DNA of 64,000 nt. It comes from a virus. Position 1 is the stretch's first letter. Every line of letters begins with the position of its first letter. Positions 1-10,057 of the stretch are shown piece by piece. The stretch is from IMG/VR virus record IMGVR_UViG_3300022752_000019, positions 32,001 through 96,000 of that record; one strand, written 5' to 3'. Made by a program: the position numbers and the translations under genes. The notes under the pieces were generated by a model. The model saw only the letters and a list, made by a program, of their open reading frames with translations, was not told the DNA's origin and made no database searches.

Positions 1-1
1 C

Positions 2-1657
2 ATCGTCATGAGTCACGGCAAAGGTGAATGTCACCGAAGTTGCCAACGCGTGGTCTACGACAGTCGTAGCTACGGAGGCACGCTCCGCGTACTCTACGTC
101 GACGCCAGTTGCACTGTCACCGGCTGCAAGGCCGAAGATGGTGTGGACGGCGGCCGACCCACCCGGAAGGATGGTCACGCTTTGGTCCGCGCCGGTCTTG
201 ACGGTCTTGATCAGTAGGATCTTGTCTGACCCGACCGTGCCGAGCGAGAACACGAGACCTGCGAGATCTGCGTTGTCGTTCAGGCTGTCGCGTGCTTCTG
301 TAAGATCTGCCCCCACAGCGGCAGTGAACGTATGCGTCACGTCATCCAGTGTGACACCGTCCTCTACAATCCGGAAGGAGATGGTTCCGCCAGTGAGCGC
401 GGGAATTGTTGCCGAGAACTCTGCGCCCATCAGCTGTGCCGGAAGGGCCGCAATCGCGTCAGTGTCGTCTCCGACAAGCTCCGCTGCAACTGGAGCCGGA
501 GTCACAGAGCCCCACACCAGGTTGTTTGCGATGAAGTAGGCAAACACGGGAGCGAAGGGAACACCGGCAGAAGGCGTGCTGACCTCGATGGTCGAGTAGA
601 CGGACGAGGTGATGTTTCCGTCCGCATCGAAAGTCGAGCGCGCAGAGTCAAGCACTCCCAGCTTGAAGCGGGACGACTCGACAGCGGTAACCACCGCGCC
701 GCCGACCTGAGTTCCGTCTGCCCAGAACTCATCGCCCGGAGTGGTTGCAGTTGCCGCCTTCAGCGGAATGGTGGCACCGGAGCCGGTGAATACCGGAGCA
801 GATGCCGTTCCGGCAAACAGTCTCCCATCCTTACCGCGAAGGAAGAAAGGACCGGAAGGAAGATCCCCGACATGGAACTCAACCCAGGGAGTAGTCAAGT
901 CTCCGTCCAGGTCATCCTGACCTCGGAATCCCGAGCCTTCTACGCGGTAGGTTGTGGCAGAGGCAAGTGGCGACCCCTCCCCTGCGGTGAGTGCGGGGAG
1001 GGCACTTCCGGTAATGAACAGGGACGACGACGCCCCGTAGGCTCGGCTCTGAACAACGACACCTGCGTCACTGCTCAGATCTTCATCGAAATCGGAAAGG
1101 TCACTAAACGCAGTAGCGGTGATTCCAGGAACCGAGCTAAGCGCGAGGGCGACGGCTTCTGCGCTCATCGTTCCGCTGAAAGGGATCACAGTCGGGTTGG
1201 CGTTGCTCGGCGAGTTCGCCTTGATGTTGAGCAGAACCGTAGTGCTGCCGAAGACAAAGGATCCTCCACCAGAGTCGAAGACAACCAGCGCGCTGCGCGC
1301 GTCGTTGAGCGCCGCAAGGAAGGCGGAGCCCGTGCTGCCGTGGCTTCCGCGCGGAAGCGTGGTCATCGCACCCGCGTAGAGGAGGCGCGCGCCAACCTGC
1401 GCTTCGTCGACGTTGATCTCGTCGATGTTGTCACGCGGGTCGGGGAACTCTGCCTGAGTGATCGCCAGCGCAGCTTGCGTGTACCGCTGCGTCGTGTACT
1501 CGGCGTCGCTGTTCACGCCGCCAGAGTTGTCCAGGGCCCGGACGATCTGGTAGCACGGAGCCACGACAACCGGGTTGAGGGTCGGAGTCGCAACCGCGGC
1601 AGGAGTCTCACGAAGCTCCTGAACAACGATCACACCGGGGCGATTTTCACTTGCCAT
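2..1657 (-). CDS. Tail sheath protein, probable (partial, runs off the left edge; not in the ORF track)
   Basis: ATG at 1657, 7 nt after the upstream stop. My translation begins MASENRPGVIVVQELRETPAAVATPTLNPVVVAPCYQIV, resembling the 'RPGVxVxE' start of contractile sheath proteins. It follows the neck genes. I translated only the N-terminal part; continuity to the edge is inferred from the absence of a closed ORF in the track. Confidence 0.7.
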   Translation of the reverse strand, partial: MASENRPGVIVVQELRETPAAVATPTLNPVVVAPCYQIVRALDNSGGVNSDAEYTTQRYTQAALAITQAEFPDPRDNIDEINVDEAQVGARLLYAGAMTTLPRGSHGSTGSAFLAALNDARSALVVFDSGGGSFVFGSTTVLLNIKANSPSNANPTVIPFSGTMSAEAVALALSSVPGITATAFSDLSDFDEDLSSDAGVVVQSRAYGASSSLFITGSALPALTAGEGSPLASATTYRVEGSGFRGQDDLDGDLTTPWVEFHVGDLPSGPFFLRGKDGRLFAGTASAPVFTGSGATIPLKAATATTPGDEFWADGTQVGGAVVTAVESSRFKLGVLDSARSTFDADGNITSSVYSTIEVSTPSAGVPFAPVFAYFIANNLVWGSVTPAPVAAELVGDDTDAIAALPAQLMGAEFSATIPALTGGTISFRIVEDGVTLDDVTHTFTAAVGADLTEARDSLNDNADLAGLVFSLGTVGSDKILLIKTVKTGADQSVTILPGGSAAVHTIFGLAAGDSATGVDVEYAERASVATTVVDHALATSVTFTFAVTHDD

Positions 1658-1663
1658 GGGAGA

Positions 1664-2509
1664 TTACTCCTGGTCGTCCTGGAAGGCTTCGAGACCCGAG
1701 ATTTGGAAATCTTCGATCCCGCTGTGAATGACTTCGGTAACTGGTCTGTGTGAGGTCTGGATACCGTTGCTTCGGTTGACGATTCTACCACCACCAAGAC
1801 GACGTACGCGGACATCGTCGGTGTTCATCGCCAATCTTATTGAAGAGATGGTCTCATCCTCTCGGAACTCGTACTCAGAGGCTCTTCTCGAGCCGGTGAT
1901 TAGATCAAGCGATCTAAACTGAGGGGATTGTTTCGGCGTGGTTTCCCACGTCCACTGAAGCTGGAACGGAATGTTAACCTGACACATGATCAGCTGCCCG
2001 GGATCTCCCATGACAAGCTGACCCGGAGGACTCGGTGAGTTTACAGTCGGGGAGGGCCGTGCGATAGAGTAAAAGCCACCAGGGCTCTCCAACAGTCGCT
2101 GATTCACCCGAGTGTGGTGTGCGACGAGATGTGCAAGACGCATCGCGGTGATGTCAGAGTCCGCGAGCGTGTAGACAACAAGGTGACCAGCCAGCAGGTC
2201 GGTGCGCTTCCGGGCCCCAGTATTGGGGTTGTAGGACAACAAGTTGTCGATGCCGATGCCGGCGAACTGGTACGGGCCCATCACGACAGTGATTGCCGGC
2301 CGCTTGCCAACTACTTCCGTATTTAGGGGAGCCTGGCCCCGGATCATGATCTCCGTAACTTCATCATCGGGCTCCCAATGGAAGGTGCCCTTGGGCATCC
2401 AGTTAAAGAGTCCTTGAAGGTACTGCACATACAAACGCATGGCAAAGACGGCAGGGTCGTCACCTCTGCCGATCTCGAGTGCTGTGCGTCTGGTATGCGC
2501 GAAGCTCAC
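1664..2509 (-). CDS. Putative tail completion/terminator protein
   Basis: 281 aa, between neck genes and sheath; contains 'KRPAITV'. The call is mostly positional. Confidence 0.4.
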   Translation of the reverse strand: MSFAHTRRTALEIGRGDDPAVFAMRLYVQYLQGLFNWMPKGTFHWEPDDEVTEIMIRGQAPLNTEVVGKRPAITVVMGPYQFAGIGIDNLLSYNPNTGARKRTDLLAGHLVVYTLADSDITAMRLAHLVAHHTRVNQRLLESPGGFYSIARPSPTVNSPSPPGQLVMGDPGQLIMCQVNIPFQLQWTWETTPKQSPQFRSLDLITGSRRASEYEFREDETISSIRLAMNTDDVRVRRLGGGRIVNRSNGIQTSHRPVTEVIHSGIEDFQISGLEAFQDDQE

Positions 2510-2823
2510 TTACGACTCTTCTCCTCAATCTCGCGGCGCTTGTCCATTCTATCCCTGATGTACTCGGAAAGCGCGTAACTTCCGACCGCAGATGCAGCTC
2601 CGGCCGCTCCGGCTCCGAGAGATTGAAGGTGCTTTAGAACTTCAGCCTTTCTCTCCGGGCTCATCTTTGCGAGCCGGGAGGAGATGCCGGGCGTATCGAG
2701 GAGGCGGCGCGTTAGCGCGCCTCCTCCGATACCTCCAATCAGGGAGCCAGCTCCTGCTGCCAGAGTAGGAAGACCGACGATCTTGACGATGCTTTCCTTC
2801 TTTTCGGGTTTCTTTTCACTCAT
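2506..2823 (-). CDS. Small basic glycine-zipper protein
   Basis: 105 aa with AAGAGSLIGGIGGGAL and GAGAAGAASAVG segments; 4-nt overlaps with both neighbours. Confidence 0.65.
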   Translation of the reverse strand: MSEKKPEKKESIVKIVGLPTLAAGAGSLIGGIGGGALTRRLLDTPGISSRLAKMSPERKAEVLKHLQSLGAGAAGAASAVGSYALSEYIRDRMDKRREIEEKSRK

Positions 2824-3698
2824 AGTTTCACCCCGTACATCCCAAATACGTCGACGGTCGTTGCCTTGGAGGCTTCCTGCGTGTGTGCATGTTGGTAGTT
2901 CCGAGGAGGGACGAGCACCACTGTGGAAGTATCTACCTTGAGGGGGATCTTGTCCTCAATCGATCCTTTCTGGATCAATGCCATTTTGATCTCGGCGCGA
3001 ACCAGGGAGCCGGACATCGTTGTTCCACCGGACTCAACGACTCTGTACCTACGGTTCTGGTTATCAACGATCAAGTCAAGAGGCTTGATGCCAGGGCTCG
3101 GGCCGCACCGAAGCTGTGCCATCTGAACCCGGCGATGATCTTCGACCATAACTTGCTCAGTCTCAGGCATTGCGTCAATCTGCGCCCAGAAGGATGTCGG
3201 GTAGTGATATCCGCCGCTAAATCCTGTACCCCAGCACGTAGGACAGCGTGCGTCTATGGTCTTTCCAAGAACTGTGTCGTAGCAGGAGGGGCACCGCTGA
3301 CCAAATGACCTACGTGGAAACAGCCAACACTTGACTCCCACGAACTCCTCGAACAAGACGCGTTCGAGTCGAATCATCTCCGTGGCGAGGATGTTCGGAG
3401 CACCTTCCTTGTCAAACGTATCGGAGTAGATGCTGCGGTCCGTTGGGACGTGTCGGCAGCGAATTCGGTAGTACAGAGTTCTCGCATTGGTAGTAATTGC
3501 GTGAACGCTATTGTCTCGAATGAAGTACTGATCAATGAGCGGCCCAGCGATAGAGTCCCATGGTCCCGCCTCGGCCTCCGAGCGTTCCACGTAGAACTCA
3601 TACTGCTGAATGTCCTCCGTCGTCGGCTCAATCTCCCAAAACACGTCATTGTGGTTCAGAGAGAAGGAGACAACACGCTCATTTCTAATTTGCAGCAT
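2820..3698 (-). CDS. Neck/head-closure protein with FN3-like N-terminus and Zn finger
   Basis: W..YEFYVERS..GPW..YYRI beta-sandwich pattern; CPSC...CPTCWGTGFSGGY; located downstream of the capsid genes. Confidence 0.55.
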   Translation of the reverse strand: MLQIRNERVVSFSLNHNDVFWEIEPTTEDIQQYEFYVERSEAEAGPWDSIAGPLIDQYFIRDNSVHAITTNARTLYYRIRCRHVPTDRSIYSDTFDKEGAPNILATEMIRLERVLFEEFVGVKCWLFPRRSFGQRCPSCYDTVLGKTIDARCPTCWGTGFSGGYHYPTSFWAQIDAMPETEQVMVEDHRRVQMAQLRCGPSPGIKPLDLIVDNQNRRYRVVESGGTTMSGSLVRAEIKMALIQKGSIEDKIPLKVDTSTVVLVPPRNYQHAHTQEASKATTVDVFGMYGVKL

Positions 3699-4176
3699 TG
3701 GTTGCCTTCTTTAGTGCACGACGAGTTAGTCCCGCAGAAAGAAGGCCTGCCCCAATAGCCGACAAGCCAGCGGCTGCGTATGGGTTATCCGCGCGCATCT
3801 TTGCAATACGCTGTCTGAGGTCCAGAACTGCACGAGACAACTTGGAGGGCTTGCCTTCCTGTCTCTCGACCTCCCTCAAGCGAGCCGCATCCGCAGCCAG
3901 TTCAGCCTGTTCCTTGCTCAAGCCCGACTTGGTTTTCTTTGACTGATACCCCGAGTAGCCTGCGCCAATCAGGCTCATGATGCCCCCTGCAATGAGCTCA
4001 GGGCCATTCTCTTTTAGAAGAGCGTGACGAATCTTTTCTTTTACAGGAGAAGACGCTGCGACTTTGGTTGTATCCGCCCAAAATTGAACAGCCGCAAGTT
4101 GGCGCTCACGCGGTGATACCGCCCTCCAAATTTCGTCCGGAATCTCGGAATGCGAATGAAGAAATAAGTCTTCCAT
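3685..4176 (-). CDS. KxA-motif, glycine-zipper virion protein (hypothetical)
   Basis: Likely start MEDLF at 4176, just after the upstream stop. TKVAA is followed by two Gly/Ala hydrophobic segments with basic flanks. Confidence 0.6.
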   Translation of the reverse strand: MEDLFLHSHSEIPDEIWRAVSPRERQLAAVQFWADTTKVAASSPVKEKIRHALLKENGPELIAGGIMSLIGAGYSGYQSKKTKSGLSKEQAELAADAARLREVERQEGKPSKLSRAVLDLRQRIAKMRADNPYAAAGLSAIGAGLLSAGLTRRALKKATNAAN

Positions 4177-4183
4177 GCCGGCC

Positions 4184-4684
4184 TCAGAAGTTGGAGAAGT
4201 AGACGCCATTGATGACGAAGTACTCGGACTCTACACCGCCCCCTTCGAATGCGTACTCCACATTCAGGGAGGACTTCACACGCAGTTTTTTCTGCTCATA
4301 GCTGTTGCGAAGCATCTGAATCCAGCCCAGAAGAAACTGAGACTTGTCGGAGACAGAGACAGAGATGCCGCCGTCCGAGTAGTTCATTTGGTTCCGGAGC
4401 TGGAGAAGTCCAACAGACTCAAGGATGCGGATGACCGCCCCTTCCCGAAGCATGCTGAGAGACGGAAAGTTCTTCAGCCCCACGTTCCCGATAAAGGGCG
4501 GGGTCGAGTTGTAGTCATCGATCGCGTCTACGACAGCCCACGCGATCATTCGATCACTCGTTTCCTCTCCCGAGATGAGTCGGTTGAGCTCGGGGAAGTC
4601 CCGAAGGTAGAGACGGATCACCGCAACGACTTCGTTCATCCGCTTGCTGGCGGATGGGATGGTTGTCGTAGACTCGAAGGACAT
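4184..4684 (-). CDS. Head-tail adaptor/neck protein, probable
   Basis: 166 aa, helical, with 'YSDGGISVS', which resembles the SxSxGxxS strand of adaptors; downstream of MCP. Confidence 0.5.
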   Translation of the reverse strand: MSFESTTTIPSASKRMNEVVAVIRLYLRDFPELNRLISGEETSDRMIAWAVVDAIDDYNSTPPFIGNVGLKNFPSLSMLREGAVIRILESVGLLQLRNQMNYSDGGISVSVSDKSQFLLGWIQMLRNSYEQKKLRVKSSLNVEYAFEGGGVESEYFVINGVYFSNF

Positions 4685-5151
4685 TAGTCACGCTCCTCGT
4701 ACTCATTACCATGCCGGGTCCAGCGCCGCAGCCAGAAGAAGGACTCAGGGCTGACCGCGACCTCTGGGTTGAACAGGGCACGGGAAAGCAGAATCGCAAG
4801 CATCGCCTTGCCCGGCTGCCGTGCGAAGCTGAGCGAAGGAGAGACCTGCTGGCAGAGCTCCAGCAGCTCCTCGCGCTCCAGCGAGCGCAAGTACTCGAGG
4901 GCCTCAGTCGGCGTCATCGGGTTCGCCGCAACCGCAAGGTTGCGAAGCGCGGAGCGACTGGTCGACGTGAGCTTGGGGGGAAGGGTGCGACCAATCCACA
5001 GGTGGGTTCCATGGAGAGCGCGTACCTTGGGCGTGATTTCCGACTCCGGCACGTCTGCAAACTTACCGGGTCGGATGAGCGTGGTGCCCACGCAAATCGC
5101 GGAAGGAGTCGACTCGGTGTTGGGCCGGTCGCTGATGTTGTGGACGATCAT
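4684..5151 (-). CDS. Hypothetical protein
   Basis: 155 aa ORF translationally coupled to both neighbours. Confidence 0.6.
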   Translation of the reverse strand: MIVHNISDRPNTESTPSAICVGTTLIRPGKFADVPESEITPKVRALHGTHLWIGRTLPPKLTSTSRSALRNLAVAANPMTPTEALEYLRSLEREELLELCQQVSPSLSFARQPGKAMLAILLSRALFNPEVAVSPESFFWLRRWTRHGNEYEERD

Positions 5152-5696
5152 GCGAGCCTCTCCAGGATGGCGTCAACAAGTTGGGCCTTCGAGAGGCCAG
5201 TTCCATTGCCACCGCCGAGTTCCGCCAGCTTGGTCCGAAGCTCTGCGTTCTTGAGCTCGAGGAGTTCGTCCCGCGATGTCCTCTCCGGTACGGGCTCAGC
5301 GATTGGCTCTGGTGACACGTCGTCCGCCAAGGCACCCGTGACGACTTCGGTCGCTACCTCAGTAGCAACCACAGTCTCCACGATCTGCGGAGGCACCTCT
5401 TCTACGAGGACCTGCGGCTCAGGCTGGACTGATGCCTTTACCATCGCGCGCAGAGCATCCTCCGTAATCTGCTGATACGGGGACGCCGAGAACACGCGCA
5501 GGACGCCACACCGCGTCATCTCGGCGAGGGTCAGAAAGTCTCTGTCGTCAAGGACAGCAGTCTCGACAGTTCGGCTGCGTCGCGGCGGAAGCCTGTGACC
5601 TCCGATCAACGGAGCGGGGATTACGCTGCCGGGGTTGCGGCGACGAATCTCAAGTGTAGACGGCTCTCTGACGACGTTCTGGATGACGATCTTCAT
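5148..5696 (-). CDS. Hypothetical protein with C-terminal HeH/Rho-N-like motif
   Basis: SD AGGAG upstream; C-terminus LKNAELRTKLAELG..GLSKAQLVDAIL. Confidence 0.6.
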   Translation of the reverse strand: MKIVIQNVVREPSTLEIRRRNPGSVIPAPLIGGHRLPPRRSRTVETAVLDDRDFLTLAEMTRCGVLRVFSASPYQQITEDALRAMVKASVQPEPQVLVEEVPPQIVETVVATEVATEVVTGALADDVSPEPIAEPVPERTSRDELLELKNAELRTKLAELGGGNGTGLSKAQLVDAILERLA

Positions 5697-5714
5697 GTCA
5701 TCTCCTGTGTAAGT

Positions 5715-5750
5715 GAAAAGCCCCGGCCCGATGACCGGACCGGGGCTAAA
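5715..5750 (-). terminator. Intrinsic terminator after major capsid gene
   Basis: Minus strand reads AGCCCCGGTCCG-GTCAT-CGGGCCGGGGCT followed by TTTC. Confidence 0.75.
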
Positions 5751-5770
5751 GACCGCCAGGGCCTCAACGA

Positions 5771-6898
5771 TCAGAAGACGTTGATGCTCGGGAAGGTCAG
5801 ACCCTCGGCGACCTTGTTGTTGAGTGCGCCGATGGCGGACTCTTCGACAGGGCGCACGGCCGAACCGCTCGCGTGGGTAGCGTCACCAGGGTAGAGCTCG
5901 AGCTTCACCACCGCAGCGATGTTGCCGAAGCCCATACCGACGTCCATCCAGGCCTGCCAGAAGATTCGGTTCGCCACCTTGTCGATGTAGAACTTCACAT
6001 CGTTCAGGGTGTAGTTGCGGCCGAAGAACTCCGGAGCCGTGAAGACGTAGACGTTCCCCTCGCGGAGAATGTCGTTCTTGATGGTGCGGATGATGCGGAG
6101 GCCGAGGACCTTGTTGTAGGTGTAGCCGTCCAGGGCGGTCTCGCTCTGGAGACGATCACCATAGTCCTCGTGGGTCCACTGGTCGAAATCGTCCGTGTCA
6201 GACTCAGTCATGAGCATGAGCGCGGGACGAAGACGGCCAGCGCGGATGGTCTCCGAGCCGACGACGATCTGGCGCTTGAGGAGCTTCTTGATGTTCACGA
6301 TGTCAGCGCGCTGAATCGCGTACGTCTCGAAGTCCGTTTGCCCACCGCCCGACTGGGTGGCGAGCACGCCCTTGATCTTCGAGATCGACACACCCGTGCC
6401 GACGTAGAATGCAGAGGAGCCGGAGTTGCCCTCAGCCTGCATGGCGTCGATGCAGGACTCAACGTGGTTCAGGAACTCGCGGTCCTTCACCTCGACCATG
6501 TCCTTGAGCGAGTTCTCCTCGATGATGCGCGTGATCGGCATCTCGTAGGCCATCAGCTCCTGCTCAACGATCTCGAACTTGAGGGACGAGATGGTGAAGA
6601 AGCCGATCGCGTACCGCTTGCCGTTCACGTACTCAGCGGTGGGCTGCCCACGGAAGTTGACGGACATCGCCCGGCTGCCCGGCTCAATGTCGACGATCTT
6701 CACGAGGGTGTCGTGCTCGGTGCTGCGCTGAAGGTCGCCACGCACAACACGCTCGTTCGGGACGATCATGTCGGCAAAGCTGGACTCGCGTAGGCGGTCC
6801 TTGATGTAGTTCAGGCTGGCGGCGGCGGTCTTCGTCGGTCCCTCAGTCTCGAGGCGCTCGATGAAGCCCGAGTTCACCATATCGGCAGAGTAGTCCAT
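5771..6898 (-). CDS. Major capsid protein (HK97-fold, probable)
   Basis: 375 aa; strongly biased high-GC3 codons; strong SD (AGGAGA); followed by a terminator; preceded by protease, scaffold-like and decoration genes; N-terminal KTAA at residue 23. Confidence 0.8.
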   Translation of the reverse strand: MDYSADMVNSGFIERLETEGPTKTAAASLNYIKDRLRESSFADMIVPNERVVRGDLQRSTEHDTLVKIVDIEPGSRAMSVNFRGQPTAEYVNGKRYAIGFFTISSLKFEIVEQELMAYEMPITRIIEENSLKDMVEVKDREFLNHVESCIDAMQAEGNSGSSAFYVGTGVSISKIKGVLATQSGGGQTDFETYAIQRADIVNIKKLLKRQIVVGSETIRAGRLRPALMLMTESDTDDFDQWTHEDYGDRLQSETALDGYTYNKVLGLRIIRTIKNDILREGNVYVFTAPEFFGRNYTLNDVKFYIDKVANRIFWQAWMDVGMGFGNIAAVVKLELYPGDATHASGSAVRPVEESAIGALNNKVAEGLTFPSINVF

Positions 6899-6923
6899 GG
6901 TGTTCTCCTACGGGGCTGGGGGA

Positions 6924-7517
6924 TCAGAACTGGTAGCCGGGCTGGAACAGCACGGTGGCGTCGTTGGTGCCGTGGACCTGGAGGATGGTCCCGGCGTACC
7001 AGGAACCAGCCGTCGGAGCAGGGGCCGTCGTAGCTGCGTCTGCGGCAGAGGCCGACACCAGCGCAGAGACCAGGCGACCGTTGGCATCCTCGCAGATGTA
7101 CACGTACACCTGCTCACCCTCGTCGCCCGTGTCGCAGACGATCATCTTCGTCCGGAACTCAAAGCCAGAGGGGCCAGTGATGCAGTGCGCCTTGCGGGTC
7201 AGCTGGGCGTCGTAACGGCCGCGCTCCTGGAAGTACAGGAAGCAGGGACGGGACGCAGCAGCGTTCTGTGCGTCATTTACGATCGAGAGGGCCGATGCCG
7301 CGCCAGACCCGGTGACTGCGCCAGAGGCGAGGCTGCGCGTGAACTTGCCGCCAGACATCTGAAGCCACTCACCCTCCTGGAGAGGATGTGCGACGTCAGG
7401 GTTGAACACGTTCATCGAGGCGCTGCCCTCGACGTTCGCGCTCGCCTGGAAGGCCAGGTCACGCGTGTAGAGGGTAGAGTACCCAGGGTTCAGGATGGTA
7501 ACGAACTGACCAGCCAT
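6924..7517 (-). CDS. Capsid decoration/cement protein, probable
   Basis: 197 aa, beta-rich, immediately upstream of MCP, with the same high-expression codon bias. Confidence 0.55.
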   Translation of the reverse strand: MAGQFVTILNPGYSTLYTRDLAFQASANVEGSASMNVFNPDVAHPLQEGEWLQMSGGKFTRSLASGAVTGSGAASALSIVNDAQNAAASRPCFLYFQERGRYDAQLTRKAHCITGPSGFEFRTKMIVCDTGDEGEQVYVYICEDANGRLVSALVSASAADAATTAPAPTAGSWYAGTILQVHGTNDATVLFQPGYQF

Positions 7518-7529
7518 GGTTGTCTCCGT

Positions 7530-7898
7530 TCATTCGCCAGTGAGGCAGAAAGAGGTGAGGGGGTCGAGGGCCGATGATCTACCCGGGCGATCGGATGGAT
7601 CACCAATGCGGATGGTACCCGCACTCGCCATCTTGACAGCCTCTCTGACATTCTCGAGCTGCGCATGACCCCTGAGATGCGCAACCTTCTCTTCGAACGT
7701 CATGTGAGCATTCAAGCCCTTTTCCTCCATCTCCCGCGCGAGCTCAGCTACCTGAGAGTCGCGGGCGATGGAGGCAAGCTTTGTGCGGAGCTGGATGTTC
7801 TCCTGCTCAAGACTCGCGACCTTTTCGGTCAGCGAGCGAATGACCGTAGCACTCTTCGCGGAGACTACAGCCAGTTCTGCACTACCGATCTTTAGCAT
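7530..7898 (-). CDS. Small coiled-coil scaffold-like protein
   Basis: Likely start MLKIGS at 7898; coiled coil; EKVAS, TKLAS, EKVA, VKMAS. Confidence 0.6.
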   Translation of the reverse strand: MLKIGSAELAVVSAKSATVIRSLTEKVASLEQENIQLRTKLASIARDSQVAELAREMEEKGLNAHMTFEEKVAHLRGHAQLENVREAVKMASAGTIRIGDPSDRPGRSSALDPLTSFCLTGE

Positions 7899-7912
7899 TG
7901 CAGTCCTCGCGG

Positions 7913-9043
7913 TCAGAACTTTCTCAAGAGTTGATTCAGGCGGGCTTGCCTGGCTTCCTCTTCTGTATGCACTGGCGAAGATGCAATCTTCGCATGGAGC
8001 GATTGTAGCGAAGAACTCATGCCTTCGCAAACCCCAATTAGTGCTTCCTTGACATGACTGCCGAGGGCGCCACTATCAATGGCATCAAAGAGGACGGAGT
8101 ACTCAGCCAAGGATGCCTCCTTTACTCCTTTGAAGCCAATTCCAAACGGATAAAAGCCATCGTCCATGGCATTGATGGCCCGTACCTGCGCAGGGTCAGT
8201 GACAAACTCCGGGGGGTTGAAAGGCAGCCCTGCTTTGTTCATCCTGCGTGCATGGCCTCCTACCCCTCCAGCTACTGCTCCTATAGCGCCACCGGAGAGT
8301 GTCCTCAGACCCACTTTCCGCTTTCCCGTCACTGGGTCCTTTTTCTCCGACGCGTATCCGGCAGCTGCGCCAAGTGCGCCGCCAGCAGCATGCTCAGCCA
8401 ACTGCGCCTTGATCTGACCTGAAATGGATGCCATTTTGGTGCTCCTTGCAGAAGGATGGCAGTCATTGCCACCCAGTGCGCCGCCAGCCTCTTTGGTTGT
8501 ATCAAAAGGGGGTTTCTTTCCCTGTTTGAGGCTTTCTTCTACCCTGCTTAGCTTCTTGTCGAGGGAGGGCAATCCGATGCCGAAAGGAGCAAACTTTAAC
8601 TTATCCTCGTTGATACTTCTCTTTAAGTTATTCAGGATGCGCAAATCGTCGGAGAGTTGACTCCGTGACGGAGGATTATACCCGACCCTTCCCCGGATAT
8701 CGCTCAGCTTACGCCACAACGATGACTCCAACATTCCAGCGCGGGCATCATCAGGATCGAAGCCCTCTCGTCTAGCCCTAAAGTATACCTGGTAGTCGTC
8801 TGGGGATAACGACCCGTAATACCTCTTGTTTCGGAGGACTCCTCCAGTAAGAAGTCCTCCGAGCGTCCCGCCTGCTCCGCCTACAAGTGTTCGCGCGCCT
8901 ACCCTACGCTTTCCTGTCTTTTCGTCTTTTTTCTCCGAAAGATACCCGGCACCGCCACCCAAAGCCGCGCCTACCGCGGCCTCGGTAGCCGGCGTCAAAT
9001 ACCTCGAGAGATCGCCCATCCCGTGGGCTAACGACGGAGACAT
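7913..9043 (-). CDS. Polyprotein-like virion protein with two glycine-zipper hairpin modules
   Basis: Two copies of Gly-rich-SEKKDxxTGKR-Gly-rich; KEAG, KMAS, KEAS and KIAS motifs; lower GC than neighbours. Confidence 0.65.
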   Translation of the reverse strand: MSPSLAHGMGDLSRYLTPATEAAVGAALGGGAGYLSEKKDEKTGKRRVGARTLVGGAGGTLGGLLTGGVLRNKRYYGSLSPDDYQVYFRARREGFDPDDARAGMLESSLWRKLSDIRGRVGYNPPSRSQLSDDLRILNNLKRSINEDKLKFAPFGIGLPSLDKKLSRVEESLKQGKKPPFDTTKEAGGALGGNDCHPSARSTKMASISGQIKAQLAEHAAGGALGAAAGYASEKKDPVTGKRKVGLRTLSGGAIGAVAGGVGGHARRMNKAGLPFNPPEFVTDPAQVRAINAMDDGFYPFGIGFKGVKEASLAEYSVLFDAIDSGALGSHVKEALIGVCEGMSSSLQSLHAKIASSPVHTEEEARQARLNQLLRKF

Positions 9044-9083
9044 AGGGACCTGCTGCCGAGAGGATCAGTCAAGTTAGGCGCCT

Positions 9084-10049
9084 TCAAGATTTCTGTTTTG
9101 TGCGGCGATTAGCGTCCTTGCGCTTCTTTAGGTAGTACCCTCCGCCGAGCGCAGTCGCGGCAGCGGTGCCACCCAGAAGCTTACCCTTATGTTTCGAGAG
9201 GAATGACGGGACTTCCTGCGCGGGTTCGGCAGCAGGAGGTGCCTTACGCGACCTCATCTCTGAAATCTTTTTCTTGAGCGCAGAGAACATCTCTTCCATC
9301 TTTTGGGTGTTGAGCCGCGTAGGACCGGCCTGCCCACTGCTGGCGATCTTCAGATTTCCGCGTGCCGCAGCTTGAGGGAAGATCTGAGCAGCAGTCGCAT
9401 CCCCAAGGGTATCGTTCGTATGAGCAAACGCCTCGGCAAGACGGGCGCGCGTACTCTTCTTCAGCTCTCGCCGATTGGCATTGACCGGACCCTCGTTGGT
9501 GTGGAGAGTCTTGCGGTACGTCGAGTTCTCGTTGGCAGTGCCAACACCCGCCATCGTCTCGGAATCGTGCTCGGCAGGACCACCCGCAGCGGCAGTCTTG
9601 TTGCCCATCAGCACGTCGTAGAGAGACTGACCTCCCGCCTGCTTGAACGACTCCAGTAGCGCCTTTTCGCCATCCTTGGTCGCCGCAGAAACCGTGCTCT
9701 GTGCGGGAGAGTTGCCTCCGACCAGCCCCCTCGGAGCAAGCTTGGTCTTGCCCTCTGAGGGAGCGACACCCTGAGTGCCAGAAGCGGAGGTCGGACCCTG
9801 CGCAGGGCTGGAGGCAGTTGCGCTCTTGTAGAAGTCGCGGATCATCTCCTGGCGAAAGGCGGCGACGGTGTCGTTGCCAGAGGCAGACAGAGAGATGAAC
9901 TCCAACGCGCTTGCGACTTCTTGTGCTTCCTTGATCAGCGAGGACTCGGTCCGAAAAGCGGAAGCTGACTTTTCTGTTTCGACAGGAGAGTGGGCCCGGG
10001 CACGAGCAGCCTCGAGGGCCTGATCAATCATGCTTCTGTAGTTGCTCAT
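9084..10049 (-). CDS. KxA-rich internal head protein (hypothetical)
   Basis: EKSAS, KEAQ, KSAT, KTAA, KIAS; C-terminal KHKGKLLGGTAAATALGGGYYLKKRK. Confidence 0.7.
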   Translation of the reverse strand: MSNYRSMIDQALEAARARAHSPVETEKSASAFRTESSLIKEAQEVASALEFISLSASGNDTVAAFRQEMIRDFYKSATASSPAQGPTSASGTQGVAPSEGKTKLAPRGLVGGNSPAQSTVSAATKDGEKALLESFKQAGGQSLYDVLMGNKTAAAGGPAEHDSETMAGVGTANENSTYRKTLHTNEGPVNANRRELKKSTRARLAEAFAHTNDTLGDATAAQIFPQAAARGNLKIASSGQAGPTRLNTQKMEEMFSALKKKISEMRSRKAPPAAEPAQEVPSFLSKHKGKLLGGTAAATALGGGYYLKKRKDANRRTKQKS

Positions 10050-10057
10050 GGGGACCT

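Noticed and set aside
332-1753. 473-aa plus-strand ORF (also 24..539)
   Set aside because: Antisense shadow of the minus-strand sheath gene; Arg-rich composition with no motifs.
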